Positions 13,949-25,500 of a stretch of DNA of 64,000 nt are shown here, one piece after another. The DNA comes from Octopus vulgaris. Taxonomy: Eukaryota. Every line of letters begins with the position of its first letter. Position 1 is the first letter of the stretch. The stretch is from assembly GCA_951406725.2 (NCBI GenBank), contig OX597817.1, positions 169,756,001-169,820,000 of the forward strand, written 5' to 3'. The notes under the pieces were generated by a model. That model ran no database searches, was not told the DNA's origin, and was given only the letters and a program-made list of their open reading frames with translations. The translations under genes and the position numbers were made by a program.

Positions 13949-14169
13949 TAGTTTTATTTTTATAGCGTGCTTTCACTTCACTACCGAGCGCAGCTCTGTG
14001 TGCCTTAGGTATGTGCTGTGATTTGTTGTGATGCTCTGATGGTTATTGTATGGAAAGTGTTCTGCGTAGGATGTGTGCAGTGCCTAGTAGTGCAATTTTC
14101 TGTATATTATATGTGTTTGTAAGTCCTGGTGTTTTTGTTATGTATTTGTCTGAATATTTTTTTATCATT
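13946..14169 (-). mobile_element. Dong/R4-clade 3' end, second family
   Basis: Translates MIKKYSDKYITKTPGLTNTYNIQKIALLGTAHILRRTLSIQ*; embedded in (TAA)n on both sides. Confidence 0.82.
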
Positions 14170-14172
14170 ATC

Positions 14173-14203
<31 letters not shown>

Positions 14204-14207
14204 CATA

Positions 14208-14303
<96 letters not shown>

Positions 14304-14762
14304 GAAGCGGTGAGCTGGTAGAATCGTTAGGACACTGGATGAAACGCTTAATTGTATTTTGCCTGTTGCTACATCCTGAGTTCAAATTTTACATGGTTGA
14401 CTTTGCCTTTCATCGTTTTGGGGTTGATAAATTAAGTACCAGTGAAATACTGGTGGGGGTCAATGTAATCACTAGTCAATGTAATCAACAAGTCCCCACC
14501 CACCAAAGTTTTGGCCTTGTGCCTTTAGTAGAAAAGATGATTATAATTATTCCTTTCTACAATAGGCACAAGGCCTGTATTATTATAATTATTTATTATT
14601 GTATATGGTTGTCCACATCTGTTATACATACATACATACATACATACATACATACATACATACATACATAAATACATACAAACAAACAAATATACATTGT
14701 GACTGTCAACTTGTAAATGAGTACAACCATCATTTACAAATTATCTGATTCCAGTTGTTTAA

Positions 14763-14982
14763 CCCTTTAGTGTTTAAACCGGCCATATCTGGCCCAAATA
14801 TTCTATATGTTTTATAATCAAACTGGGAATATCTAGCCCCTCAAACCTAACCTACATTGACATTCAAAAAATATACAATCACATCATTGAAACCTCAAAG
14901 CTATGAGATAATGCATGATTAATTCAAAACAATTTGAGTGAAAAAGTATTACATTTAACAGAGTAATCTGAACACTAAAGGG
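14763..14982. mobile_element. piggyBac-like MITE
   Basis: TTAA|ccctttagtgtt...aacactaaaggg|TTAA. Partial copies at ~26557-26710, ~38340-38505 and split across ~34205-35305. Confidence 0.85.
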
Positions 14983-15379
14983 TTAAGACAATGGCTATCA
15001 GCAATGCCCACGCTGAGATTTAGAGTCAATTACAGCTTGCACAGCATCACCAAAATTCTCACCTACAAAGCCAAGTAGTCCAGAAACAAGCAAGTGCAAG
15101 ATCTCTGACTTCTCAAGGATGTGGATGTTATTTCAGAATTTCCCTCTTCTAGAGAAATGTCAAACCAAAGACTACAGGTATCTCACTCCAAGCTGTAGGA
15201 TGGCCATTTATTCTAATGAGTTAATGGGTCCTTTGACAAGTTTTGTCTTTCATTATTCAGGGTAACCCTTTCCAAGCATGCTTGGTAAGGTTACTGGTTT
15301 AGTCACTGGTAACCTGGACCATGCAGGGGTTGTACTGGGTTACATGTTGCCGGTAGCACTAAAACTGACCTAAGCTCTG

Positions 15380-16099
15380 ACATACATACATACATGCATT
15401 CATACATACATATGTACAAACATACATACATACATACACACATACATGCATACATGCATGCATGCATGCATGCATACATACATACATACATACATACATA
15501 CATACATGCATGCATACATACTTACATACATACATGCATGCATACATACATACATACATGCATACATACATACATACATGCATACATGCATGCATGCATA
15601 CATACATACATACAAACAGACATACATACATACTTGCATACATACATACATACATACATGCATGCATACATACATACATACATACATGCATGCATGCATA
15701 CATACATACATGCATGCATGCATACATACATACATGCATGCATGCATGCATACATACATACATACATGCATGCATGCATACATACATACATACATACATG
15801 CATGCATGCATGCATACATACCATGCATACATACATACATACATGCATGCATGCATGCATACATACATGCATGCATGCATACATACATGCATGCATGCAT
15901 GCATGCATACATACATACATACATGCATGCATACATACATACATACATACATACATGCATGCATGCATACATACATACATACATACATGCATGCATGCAT
16001 GCATACATACATACATACATGCATGCATACATACATACATACATGCATGCATACATACATACATACATGCATGCATACATACATGCATACATACATACA

Positions 16100-16134
<35 letters not shown>

Positions 16135-16142
16135 GCATATAC
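15380..16142. repeat. (CATA)n/(CATG)n compound microsatellite
   Basis: Seen directly. Confidence 0.95.
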
Positions 16143-16271
16143 ATAGGTAAATATATTTTATATTGATATTAATATAATCAATTCTACATAAACTCTCACA
16201 ATTTTTGTGATTCTCCTTTTTGTATTTTGCAATGTCCCTGCATCCATCACTCATGTGACAAATAAAAGAAA

Positions 16272-16581
16272 TCATCACCATCATCATCATCATCATCCTC
16301 ATCATCATCATCATCATCATCATCACCAACATCATCAACATCATCATCATCGTCGTCGTCGTCATCATCATCAACATCATCATCATCATCATCAACATCA
16401 TCATCATCATCATCCTCATCATCATCATCACCATCATCATCACCATCACCATCATCCTCATCCTCATTCTCATCATCATCATCATCCTCATCAACATCAT
16501 CATCACCATCACCATCATCCTCATCATCCTCATCATCATCCTCATCCTCATCATCCTCATCATCATCATCATCAACATCAT

Positions 16582-16613
<32 letters not shown>

Positions 16614-16652
16614 CCAACATCATCACCATCATCCTCATCATCCTCATCATCC

Positions 16653-16685
<33 letters not shown>

Positions 16686-16740
16686 ACATCAACATCATCA
16701 TCATCATCCTCATCCTCATCATCATCATCATCATCATCAA
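16272..16740. repeat. (CAT)n imperfect microsatellite
   Basis: Seen directly. Confidence 0.95.
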
Positions 16741-16764
16741 GACTATTATGATTAATGTATTTAC

Positions 16765-16927
16765 CTTCAATAATTGAGAGTGAGGAAGTTCAGTGAAATT
16801 ATTGATGGCTATTTCCTTCTTCGTTCTGGCCAGCTGAGCAGTTGGCCTGAATGATCTTCCGATTGTAGGTACAGGATAACTCACTTGTCGTGCAGGAGAT
16901 AGGGGAGATGAGGATCCATTTGAATGA
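16765..16927 (-). CDS. REDIC1: REDIC1-like coding exon 5 (SHSNGSSSPLSPARQVSYPVPTIGRSFRPTAQLARTKKEIAINNFTELPHSQLLK)
   Basis: Acceptor ttttatctcttttatcgataaag|T, phase 2, matching exon 4 (AG+T=Ser). Donor AAG|gtaaat. Open frame. Confidence 0.68.
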
Positions 16928-17582
16928 CTTTATCGATAAAAGAGATAAAATATCTAGACGTTAATTATTTCACACCTGAAGGGAAACGACAGATTTGGCA
17001 CGAGACAACAAATAATAGACATTCAAATTATATGGTAACTTCAGAGAAATACAATAGCTGTAACTCTATTTACAGAAATTTCATATACATAGTTGTGGTT
17101 GTGCGTTTAAGCAGGTGCAAGCATGGCTGTGTGGTTAAGAAGATTGTTTTCCAACCACATGGTTTCAGGTTCAGTCCCACCGCATGGCATATTGGGTGAA
17201 TGTCTCCTACTATGGCAATGGGCTGACCAAAGCCTTGTGAGTGAATTTGGTTGATGTAAAGTGAAAAGAAGCCTGTCATATATATGCATGTGTGTGTATG
17301 TGTGTGTGTTTCTGTGGAGAGGTTATGTGTCTTCAGTCAATGAGTTTGATGAGTCACTTTATACAGCTCAGAGCTTTATAGGTGTGTAACCAATGGTTAC
17401 TTTCTGAACAACCATAACAGACAACCTTATATACACACATGCACACCCACACCCACCCACATACATGTATACATATTCATATATATATATATATATATAT
17501 GAGGGAATATTATTCCAAATTTACAGGGAAAAATTCAATTTAGAAATACTAAATCAAATTTCACAAAATATAATATAAATAT

Positions 17583-17613
<31 letters not shown>

Positions 17614-17633
17614 AATATATATATGAATTTGGA

Positions 17634-17988
17634 AAAACACACCTTTTATCAATTCAATAATGAATAATTAAATTATACCATTTAGAAAAATTATATAATG
17701 GCGGTGCCCCAGCATGGCCACAGCTCGTGAGCTGAAACTAGATAAAATAAAAATAAATATTATAGAAAGATTAAATATAAGATAAAACATATAACAATGA
17801 TTAAGTAATGTGCAAAATAATAAATAAAACATATATATTTGGTATATATATGTTTTATTTATTATTTTGCACATTACTTTTATGTTTTATCTCATATTTA
17901 ATCTCTATATTATAAATCTTTCTATAATATGTAATTTTTCTAAATGGTATAATTCAATTTTTCATTATTGAATTGATAAAAGGTGTTT
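17634..17988. repeat. ~350-bp AT-rich imperfect palindrome in (TA)n, left arm interrupted by a SINE tail (17700-17757)
   Basis: aaacac..ccttttatcaattcaataatgaa / ttcattattgaattgataaaaggtgttt and inner arms centred near 17840. Confidence 0.8.
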
Positions 17989-18821
17989 ATATATATATAT
18001 ATATATCTTATATATAAATGGCAATTTCTTCTTTCTGCCTGTTACCATCTTAATGCCTACACCAGTGAACCACTCTTCACAAAACTTTGCATACATGTTA
18101 AACTAACATCCAGTTTAATTACAGGCCAATTGGACTTCAATAAAAATTTTGAGTTCAGTCTCACCGTGTGAAATATGATATCCCTGACTTGGAAAACAGT
18201 AAAGAGTTAGCAACAGGAAAGGCATCCATCTGCACAGATATGTCTTAGTAGCATATTTGTCTAACCTATGCTAGTATGCAAAAATTAATATAAACACAAA
18301 TAAATGAAAGGCTGCAGTCAAATGACTGAAACAAGTTAAAGAAAAAAGAATATACATGATATTTTTCTCTATGGCATTTTCTTTACACTTAAAATACTTC
18401 TTGGCTATCATGCTGTTACACTGACAATTTTGTATGATACCTTCCTGTACAACTTGATTTATTATGCAGGTGACTAGGTCATATCCTATTCTGCCAGATA
18501 TTTTATAGATATTGCAATATTCTTAATTGCAATATCTGTAACAGTGCTGTCATTAAGATTGGCCAGACCCTCTGTCAAATCCACATTATGAAAATTATCT
18601 TTCTCCACACAGCCATTCATAATAACACTTTTATAACTCTTTCTTTTCAGAAATATGAGAATATCTAGGTAGAATCTAATTTATGTGTGAATTCTATAGC
18701 GTTTTCATGATTTTTAAACAAGCACTAAAAATAAAAGTTTGGAAATTCAAATTTCAATTAATTTTTATAAATTTAAATATATCACTTTTTTTTTTAATTC
18801 TTTGATTTTATTTTCACTCAC

Positions 18822-19093
18822 CTGTATTTCTTGGACATTTTAATCTGATGGAGTGTAGTGATAAACGGTGAGGTGTATTTAGATCTTGGATGTGTATTTT
18901 GAAATTCAGAATTTTCCCAATAATGCCGAGTACCTTCTGTGAAAGAAGATTCTGAGGATTCTATAGGTTCCATCGTTTCATTCTTACAAAGGGTGGGTAC
19001 TACAGCAAAGCCCGACAGTTGAGTTTTGGGAGAAGAGTATGTTTCACTTATACTGTGGTCAGTAGCATAACTGTAGTCAGTTTCTGAATAAAC
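18822..19093 (-). CDS. REDIC1: REDIC1-like coding exon 4 (VYSETDYSY...KMSKKY, Ser/Thr-rich)
   Basis: Acceptor ttctccctttag|GTT and strong donor CAG|gtgagt. 90 open codons in unique sequence. Phase 0 start fits exon 3. Confidence 0.75.
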
Positions 19094-19394
19094 CTAAAGG
19101 GAGAATTAGATGAGATTAAAATGACAATTTATTGCTCTTAATCAAATTTTATTATTCACCTTACACAACCTCCACAAATTCATAAAATCCATCTCCACCT
19201 CTAAACATTTCTCACACTAACTTCACTCTGGTGCATTTACCTACCTGTCCATCTTTGTCTTTCATAGTTACCTTGTACCTTGATTTCACAACTCTCTTTC
19301 TCTTTCCAGATGGGGAAACCATTTATTCACCACTTCAGCAAGACACTAGCTCCAGTCTTTGCATCATACTTAGAAAGCATTCAGTCAACACTGT

Positions 19395-19643
19395 GAAGTG
19401 GTTGGCATTTGGAAAGGGCATCCAACTGTAAAAACCATGCCAAAACTGACCTCATCTGTATCACGTAAAAAGCACCCACTACACTCACGGAGTGGTTGGC
19501 GTTAGGAAGGGCATCCAGCCGTAGAAACACTGCCAGATCTGACTGGGCCTGATGAAGCCTTCCAGCTTCCAGACCCCAGTTGAACCGTCCAACCCATGCT
19601 AGCATGGAGAACGGACGCTAAATGATGATGATGATGATGATGA
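19395..19643 (+). mobile_element. RTE 3'-UTR copy
   Basis: ggaagggcatccagccgtagaaac...(gat)n terminus. Confidence 0.8.
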
Positions 19644-19649
19644 TATATA

Positions 19650-19886
19650 TATATATACTGGAGTAAACACATAAATGTGAAACAAGGTGGAAAAAAAAGA
19701 GTACTCAAATACCAGTGGTAGAGTAATATGCTTTATTTAAAGCAGCAGAAAATTCAACAAAATCTGTCACTCTGAGTTTCTCGTTGCCGTTCATCAGACA
19801 GTTTTTCTAACAAAAACTGTCTGATGAATGGCAATGAGAAACTCAGAGTGACAGATTTTGTTGAATTTTCTGCTGCTTTAAATAAA

Positions 19887-19888
<2 letters not shown>
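19650..19888. mobile_element. Penelope-like pLTR remnant with a fold-back carrying two opposed degenerate hammerhead motifs
   Basis: ~75-bp arms centred near 19810. Each arm reads ctgt CTGATGA a(c/t)ggcaa(c/t)ga GAAA ctcagag TG acag. AATAAA present and (TA)n on both sides. GUG at the cleavage position suggests inactivity. Confidence 0.75.
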
Positions 19889-19928
<40 letters not shown>

Positions 19929-20918
19929 GTGCATATATGTAAAAAAGCATTCATGCTGCCACCATGTACAAGAACACTCATGCCAGCACCACATAAAATG
20001 CACCCACACTGGCTTCATGTAAAATTGTGTTTGAATTGATGACGGTGAATTGATGACCATGAACTCACTTGACATTGGACTGGAATATACAATATCTCTA
20101 AGATAACATGAGGAAGTATTCATATTTGAGTTAGTGGTGAGGGTATTCCTCCAATGATGAAATGGATTTCCACAATAACGGTGGATACCAAGTGCTTGTC
20201 AGGAAATGTAACATCTGCTCACCTATTCTAGAAACAGCTGTAAAGAGACTATCTGCATACCTTTTTCCTTCTTCTTATACAGCTTTGTATTCTACCTACA
20301 ATGACCAGCTCTACCTAATACCAGTAATTTGTATTTAGCATATAACTGATCTGGGTGAATACTGTCACATAGTTTAACCATTATGAACACTCCTCAACTG
20401 ATCTTTTATTGACTTCTTGTGATCTAAACTCCATAACATTCAATTCTACTCTCATGTTCTCTCAATGTTTAAATAAATTACTGTCATAATCTGACCTGAT
20501 ACCAGCTGTTTGTCTGTTTATACCTTTATTCTAATATACATGTACCAGCTCAATTGAAACACTGTCTATGGCTGATCTTCATTACCCAGCAATAACATCC
20601 CTGCTTTTTTAGCTGCACATGGAATTAGAGTTTTGGAAGCAAATGAATCTGAGCACTAAATCTACAAACCCATTATCTTATATGTGTGTGTGTGTGTATG
20701 TGTGTGTGTGCATGCATGTGTGTGTGTGTATTATATATATATATATACTATACATATATATTATACATATGTATATGTATATATGCATACATATATATAT
20801 ATATATATTATAATAAATTAGAGACAAAACCACTATTATGCAAATCAAACAAAGAAAGACTTAAGCCAATACATAAAATATAAAATAATTTATATAAATT
20901 AAAACTTAACAAATGAAT

Positions 20919-20970
20919 AACCACTACGATCGTTTCGTGTCAGCACATCTTAGACATTCTTCAGGTGGTT
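20919..20970 (-). ncRNA. Type I hammerhead ribozyme motif (Penelope-like)
   Basis: Minus strand reads aaccac CTGAAGA a-tgtc-(11 nt)-gaca-c GAAA cgatcg TA gtggtt: 6-bp stem I, intact core, palindromic stem III (ACGATCGT), GUA cleavage triplet. Confidence 0.85.
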
Positions 20971-21004
20971 TCTAAACCTTCTTAGCGAGTTATATATATA
21001 TATA

Positions 21005-21200
21005 CTAGCTTAAAGTGACCCGCTCTACGTGCGGGTAAGAGTGTGGTTGTTATTTTCTGTTGCTTCCTATCTGTTTTTTATCACCACGTTCTCCCTCTTT
21101 GTTTCTCTCTCCTTTCTCTCTCACTTTCCCACTCTCTTACTCTTCTTTTCTCTCGGACTCTCCCTTGCTTTCTCTTACTCTCTATCTTTCTCCCATTTAT
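21005..21200 (-). mobile_element. Non-autonomous Helitron-like 3' end
   Basis: Minus strand has hairpin acccgc-acgtaga-gcgggt about 10 nt before CTAG|T. The 5' boundary is uncertain. Confidence 0.6.
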
Positions 21201-21482
21201 AAGCAACAAAAGATCTTGAGTAAGTTGAGAAAGTAAATATCATGCAGTGACAACGGAAAGGTCTGCTTCAAGGCGGACAGCAAAACACTAACATTTAAAA
21301 GGGACAGACGAACTTGCGAGCTGAATAAAAATAGAAAAATATTGGAAACCAAAATTTGAAGGGATAGAATCTGAGGATAGTAGAGTCACCATGGCTAATT
21401 TTGAACAATGTGTTCAAGCTGAGTTTTGCTTTAAAACCCTTTCTCTTTCTTTCAAGTGTGAACTGAATCACTGTGATCTAGT

Positions 21483-21900
21483 TATGGATACATCAAAAAG
21501 AAGGATGTACTGTAGTGACCACGGAATCTTCTGTTACATCTGTGGAAAATTCAATCCACAGGCTCAAAGGTGCAACATTAATAACTTTGTCAAGAAGGTG
21601 TGTCTTGCATACCTTTAAAGTAGCACTTAGAGACCAAGACAAAACCTGGGCTCTCCACAAAGTTTGCAAAACCTGTGTTGAAATTTGGTGTAATGAAGCA
21701 ATTCAGCAAAGCCCTTGATCACAGTGGAAGCTGTTTCAGATATATATGTACAACCATTCCAAGTCTCAATGACAAGAAGAAGGCAAGAATATTTGAAGAA
21801 TCTCATATAAGAACACTCCTCAGGAATCCACATTTTGTTATGATAACATGTGTGACAGAGGCTAGAGCTTGGAATGCCTTTGTAGCGAGACATGTTAGCA
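21483..21900 (+). pseudogene. Chapaev3-like (CMC) transposase remnant, N-terminal part
   Basis: FCYICGKF and DQDKTWALHKVCKTC zinc-finger motifs, frameshifted. Confidence 0.7.
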
Positions 21901-22051
21901 AAATTTTGTTGTGGTGACATAGCACAGTCGTGCTACATCAAAAACATTCAATCACTGCTGGCCGCGGTAGGATACACACGACCCAGCGGTGAAGCACAAG
22001 TTTTGAAAGGCAAAAATCAGTTCCTGAGAAGACATCAAGATGTAAACATAT

Positions 22052-22475
22052 CAGTTACTCTCTCTCTCTCTTTTACTTGTTTCAGTCATTTGACTGCGGC
22101 CATGCTGGAGCACCGCCTTTAGTCGATCAAATCGACTCCGGGACTTATTCTTTGTAAGCCCAGTACTTATTCTATCGGTTTCTTTTGCCGAACCGCTAAG
22201 TGACGGGGACGTAAACACACCAGCATCGGTTGTCAAGCGATGTTGGGGGGGGGGGGCAAACACAGACACACAAACACACACACATATATATATATATATA
22301 TACATATATACAACAGGCTTCTTTCAGTTTCCATCTACCAAATCCACTCACAAGGCATTGGTCGGCCCGGGGCTATAGCAGAAGACACTTGCCCAAGATA
22401 CCACGCAGTGGGACTGAACCCGCAACCATGTGGTTGGTTAGCAAGCTACTTACCACACAGCCACTCCTGCGCCTG
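22052..22475 (-). mobile_element. CORE-like SINE, full length
   Basis: Near-identical to 1168-1565. Confidence 0.85.
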
Positions 22476-22876
22476 TTTGTCCACACAGCAAAATGTTGCT
22501 GAATTAATGCCAATCAGAAAACAGCATTCAATCAATTATGGGATTTCTACCTCGCCTCACAACCACTACAAAACTCATTGGATATTTTAGATTTGCCAGC
22601 CAAGTACTGGATCTAACTGTATTGATGTTTATTAAGAAATTAACTCATGTCTCACTACACCCTGTTGCCTTGAACACTTACCTCTGATGTGCCTACCACT
22701 TTATGTGTGAACACGGAATAAAATGTGATGCTCATTTGCATAAAAAAAACATTGTCTTCTGGTATTTATCGTTACATCCATGTAAACACTTATTTCTAGA
22801 ACCTTCTTACATACACACTATCCTAGCCAATGTGGTATTGTCTTTCTAATCTTCCTCTTGTTACCCCTTCTCCGAT

Positions 22877-23548
22877 GTGGTGCAGAATTTGCTTGGGAAC
22901 AGTAAAGCTGAAAACTGTCAAGAGATTGTGGATGAACTGCTCAAGAGTTTGCAAGTTCTTGAATGTAGAATGAGCATTAAATTGCATTGCTTACACAGTC
23001 ACTTGGGTGAGTTTCCAAAGAACCCGGGTCATGTTAGCAAAGAACATGGTGAATGCTTTCATCAGAATGTAAAAGGAACAGAAGAACACTACCAAGGCCA
23101 ATGGGACATGAACATGATGGCAGACTGCTGTTGGAGCTTGATGAGAGACATTCCAGAGGTTGTGCACAAGAAATCGTCAAAAATGAGGAAGTTCTTGCAG
23201 TAATAAGATAATCAGAAGGAATGACCGCAATGAATAGAGATTCTGTATTCATGTTTTGTTATCACCAAGCTTAATTCTTACATGCTAATGAGCATTCACT
23301 CCCACAATTTGTGTTTTGATTTATTAGATTTTAAAAAATGACATACTGTCGATTAAAAATTGCATCTATGTATGTTTAATCCTTCCGGTATGAGCATTAA
23401 ATACCTGTTTCTAGCAAATCTAAAAGATTTTATATCTCAAAAGTCTGATGTGATAGACAAAATCTTATGTCCGATTTGGATTCAACACCCCAAAATTAGC
23501 TAAAACCCATTGATAAACCTTGTGCCAGAAAGTATGTGTTGACCAGTG
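22877..23548 (+). mobile_element. Chapaev3-like transposase C-terminus and right end
   Basis: NLLGN...MSIKLHCLHSHL...EHGECFHQ...YQGQW...MADCCWSL. Terminus ...gaccagtg followed by TAA, consistent with CAC...GTG ends and TWA target duplications. Confidence 0.72.
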
Positions 23549-24797
23549 TAACACATTTAAATCACAAAATTTAAAAAAAAAAATGCAAAGAGTTTAGCAA
23601 TAAAAGGCAAATTCATAGAATACTTAAAACATACACTAGTGTGTGCACACACTCACACACACACACAATATACTCTCAAACACATACACCCAAAGCTATC
23701 CAATTTTTATCAACTTACAGGCATTAACCCTTTTTTGTTGTAAACTTCTCTTTTACTTCTAAAACTGTCATCTTCAGTTGATATTCTTGAATGAGTGTTT
23801 TTTTTGCTCCTTTGCATAAATTGGGTATTTCTGAGGATTAGAAAAGATATTTCTACAATTATATCAACCAAGATAAAAAAAAAGTGTACTGATCACAGTA
23901 GATTTTTATTTAGTTGTTATAGTGTTTTAGCTTCAGGTCAGTACCGACTGAACAGATTTTGACCAAAGGCATACTAACCATCTTCTACTATAGACCCAAG
24001 TTGACCAAAGCCTTGTGAGTGATTCTGGTAGATAGAAGCTGAAAGAAGCCCATAATGTGTGTGCATATATGTGTGTGTGTGTATGTGTGCATATGTGGTA
24101 CTGTCTACTTGCCTTGAATTTGTGTGATAGTTGTAAGCAAGTGTCACCATCATGCAAATGGTGTCCTTCTTTTATCATCTTCTGAGACATGTCTGATCAT
24201 GGGGAAATACTACCTTACTTAGAAACAGGTGAGGGTTCACAATAGGAAGGGCATCTGGCAGTAGAAAACCTGCCTCAACAAATTCCATCCAACCCATTCG
24301 AGCATAGAAAAGTATACAGTAAAACAATGATAACAATGAGTCACTTCTGATCATATTGCCCTCACTTGTATCCTGCTTGGTACTATATACATGCTGTTCT
24401 CATGTTTTGCTTTGAAACAAGAGATAATACTTATTTTCTTTATTACTTTCTTAGTTAATCCAAATTCAGGCTATCTCTAATGCTCAAATCTCCTCTAAAA
24501 TTACTGGCAATCAGAATCACATAACAACACTTGCTAAGCTGGTCATTAAAAATTTACTTGCAATGAAACCAAAATTGGTAAATGTATATTTACCTGTCGC
24601 AATCATTTGATGTAATAAATAACAAGTCTTGAATATGTGAATGTTGAATTTATAACTGGTAATAGAAGCAGACAGTATAAAGAAAACATACCACTGAAGA
24701 GATATTTCAATTAACGAGAATAGTATTGATTAAGCAGAAAACATAATTGCGCATAAAATAGCTTCATTAATTTCTAAGATATCAAATGGTTTTATAC

Positions 24798-24952
24798 CCA
24801 CATGTTCCAAGAAGTAGCATCCTCAAGAGACAGTTTTGAAGGATTTTCAATTGGTGAATGAGGTAATTCGATCTCTTGAAACCGTTTTACCTGGTGTTTA
24901 CCTTTATCAATGTCTACCTTCCGAATAAGCTTTTTTGTTTGATTGGTTTTCT
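24798..24952 (-). CDS. REDIC1: REDIC1-like coding exon 3 (EKTNQTKKLIRKVDIDKGKHQVKRFQEIELPHSPIENPSKLSLEDATSWNMW)
   Basis: Acceptor tcttctgttattttag|AG, phase 1, matching exon 2 (G+AG=Glu). Open frame. IELPHSP resembles the recalled LELTMSP motif. Donor TGG|gtataa is the less certain boundary. Confidence 0.78.
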
Positions 24953-25169
24953 CTAAAATAACAGAAGAGAATGAATTAATAATATTGCTTTGTTTTGATT
25001 TCGTAAAAGCAACATTAAATAATTATAAATGTTAATCTTACATCAACATCATATTACATCCATTTTTATTTATTTATTTCAATGAGTTAGATCAGTCTTC
25101 TCCATCATAGCATCTTGATAATTGTTGCGATATATACTTACCTCTTTTAGGGGTTCAGTATTCTGAAAT

Positions 25170-25500
25170 TACCCTTCTTCACTTTTTCTCATGCCTTTCT
25201 TGATAGTCTATTTTTAGAGGTCCCTTCTATTTGAAATGGTCGGCACTTCTCCTAACTACTCTCCTTCATCCACATAACATGTCTCTGCCAGCTTAATTTT
25301 CTCTCTTACACACTATATTTGATTCATATGTCATGTTTCCTCTTAGTTCATTTGTGTTCCATCACTCATACACACTAACATTACATTTCCAAAGGAGCAT
25401 GCTCATGTCATTTGTTTCTGCTCTTGACGCATCTTCTAAAATGAATGCTTAGATTTCATCACCATCAACATCATATTTTGTACTCAATTGTCATACACTC
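25170..25500 (-). mobile_element. Old RTE LINE fragment
   Basis: Degenerate RKLSWQRHVMWM resembles RRLRWYGHVMRM. Confidence 0.5.

Noticed and set aside
15359-16884. Long ORFs (poly-His, poly-Met, MYVC/HTYI repeats)
   Set aside because: Translations of microsatellites, open in many frames. The same applies to the ORFs at 5106-5496, 6203-6999, 46167-46707, 59920-60471 and 62111-63138.
18500-18664. Extra minus-strand exon after exon 4
   Set aside because: The phase-compatible frame stops within about 10 codons and there is no good donor.
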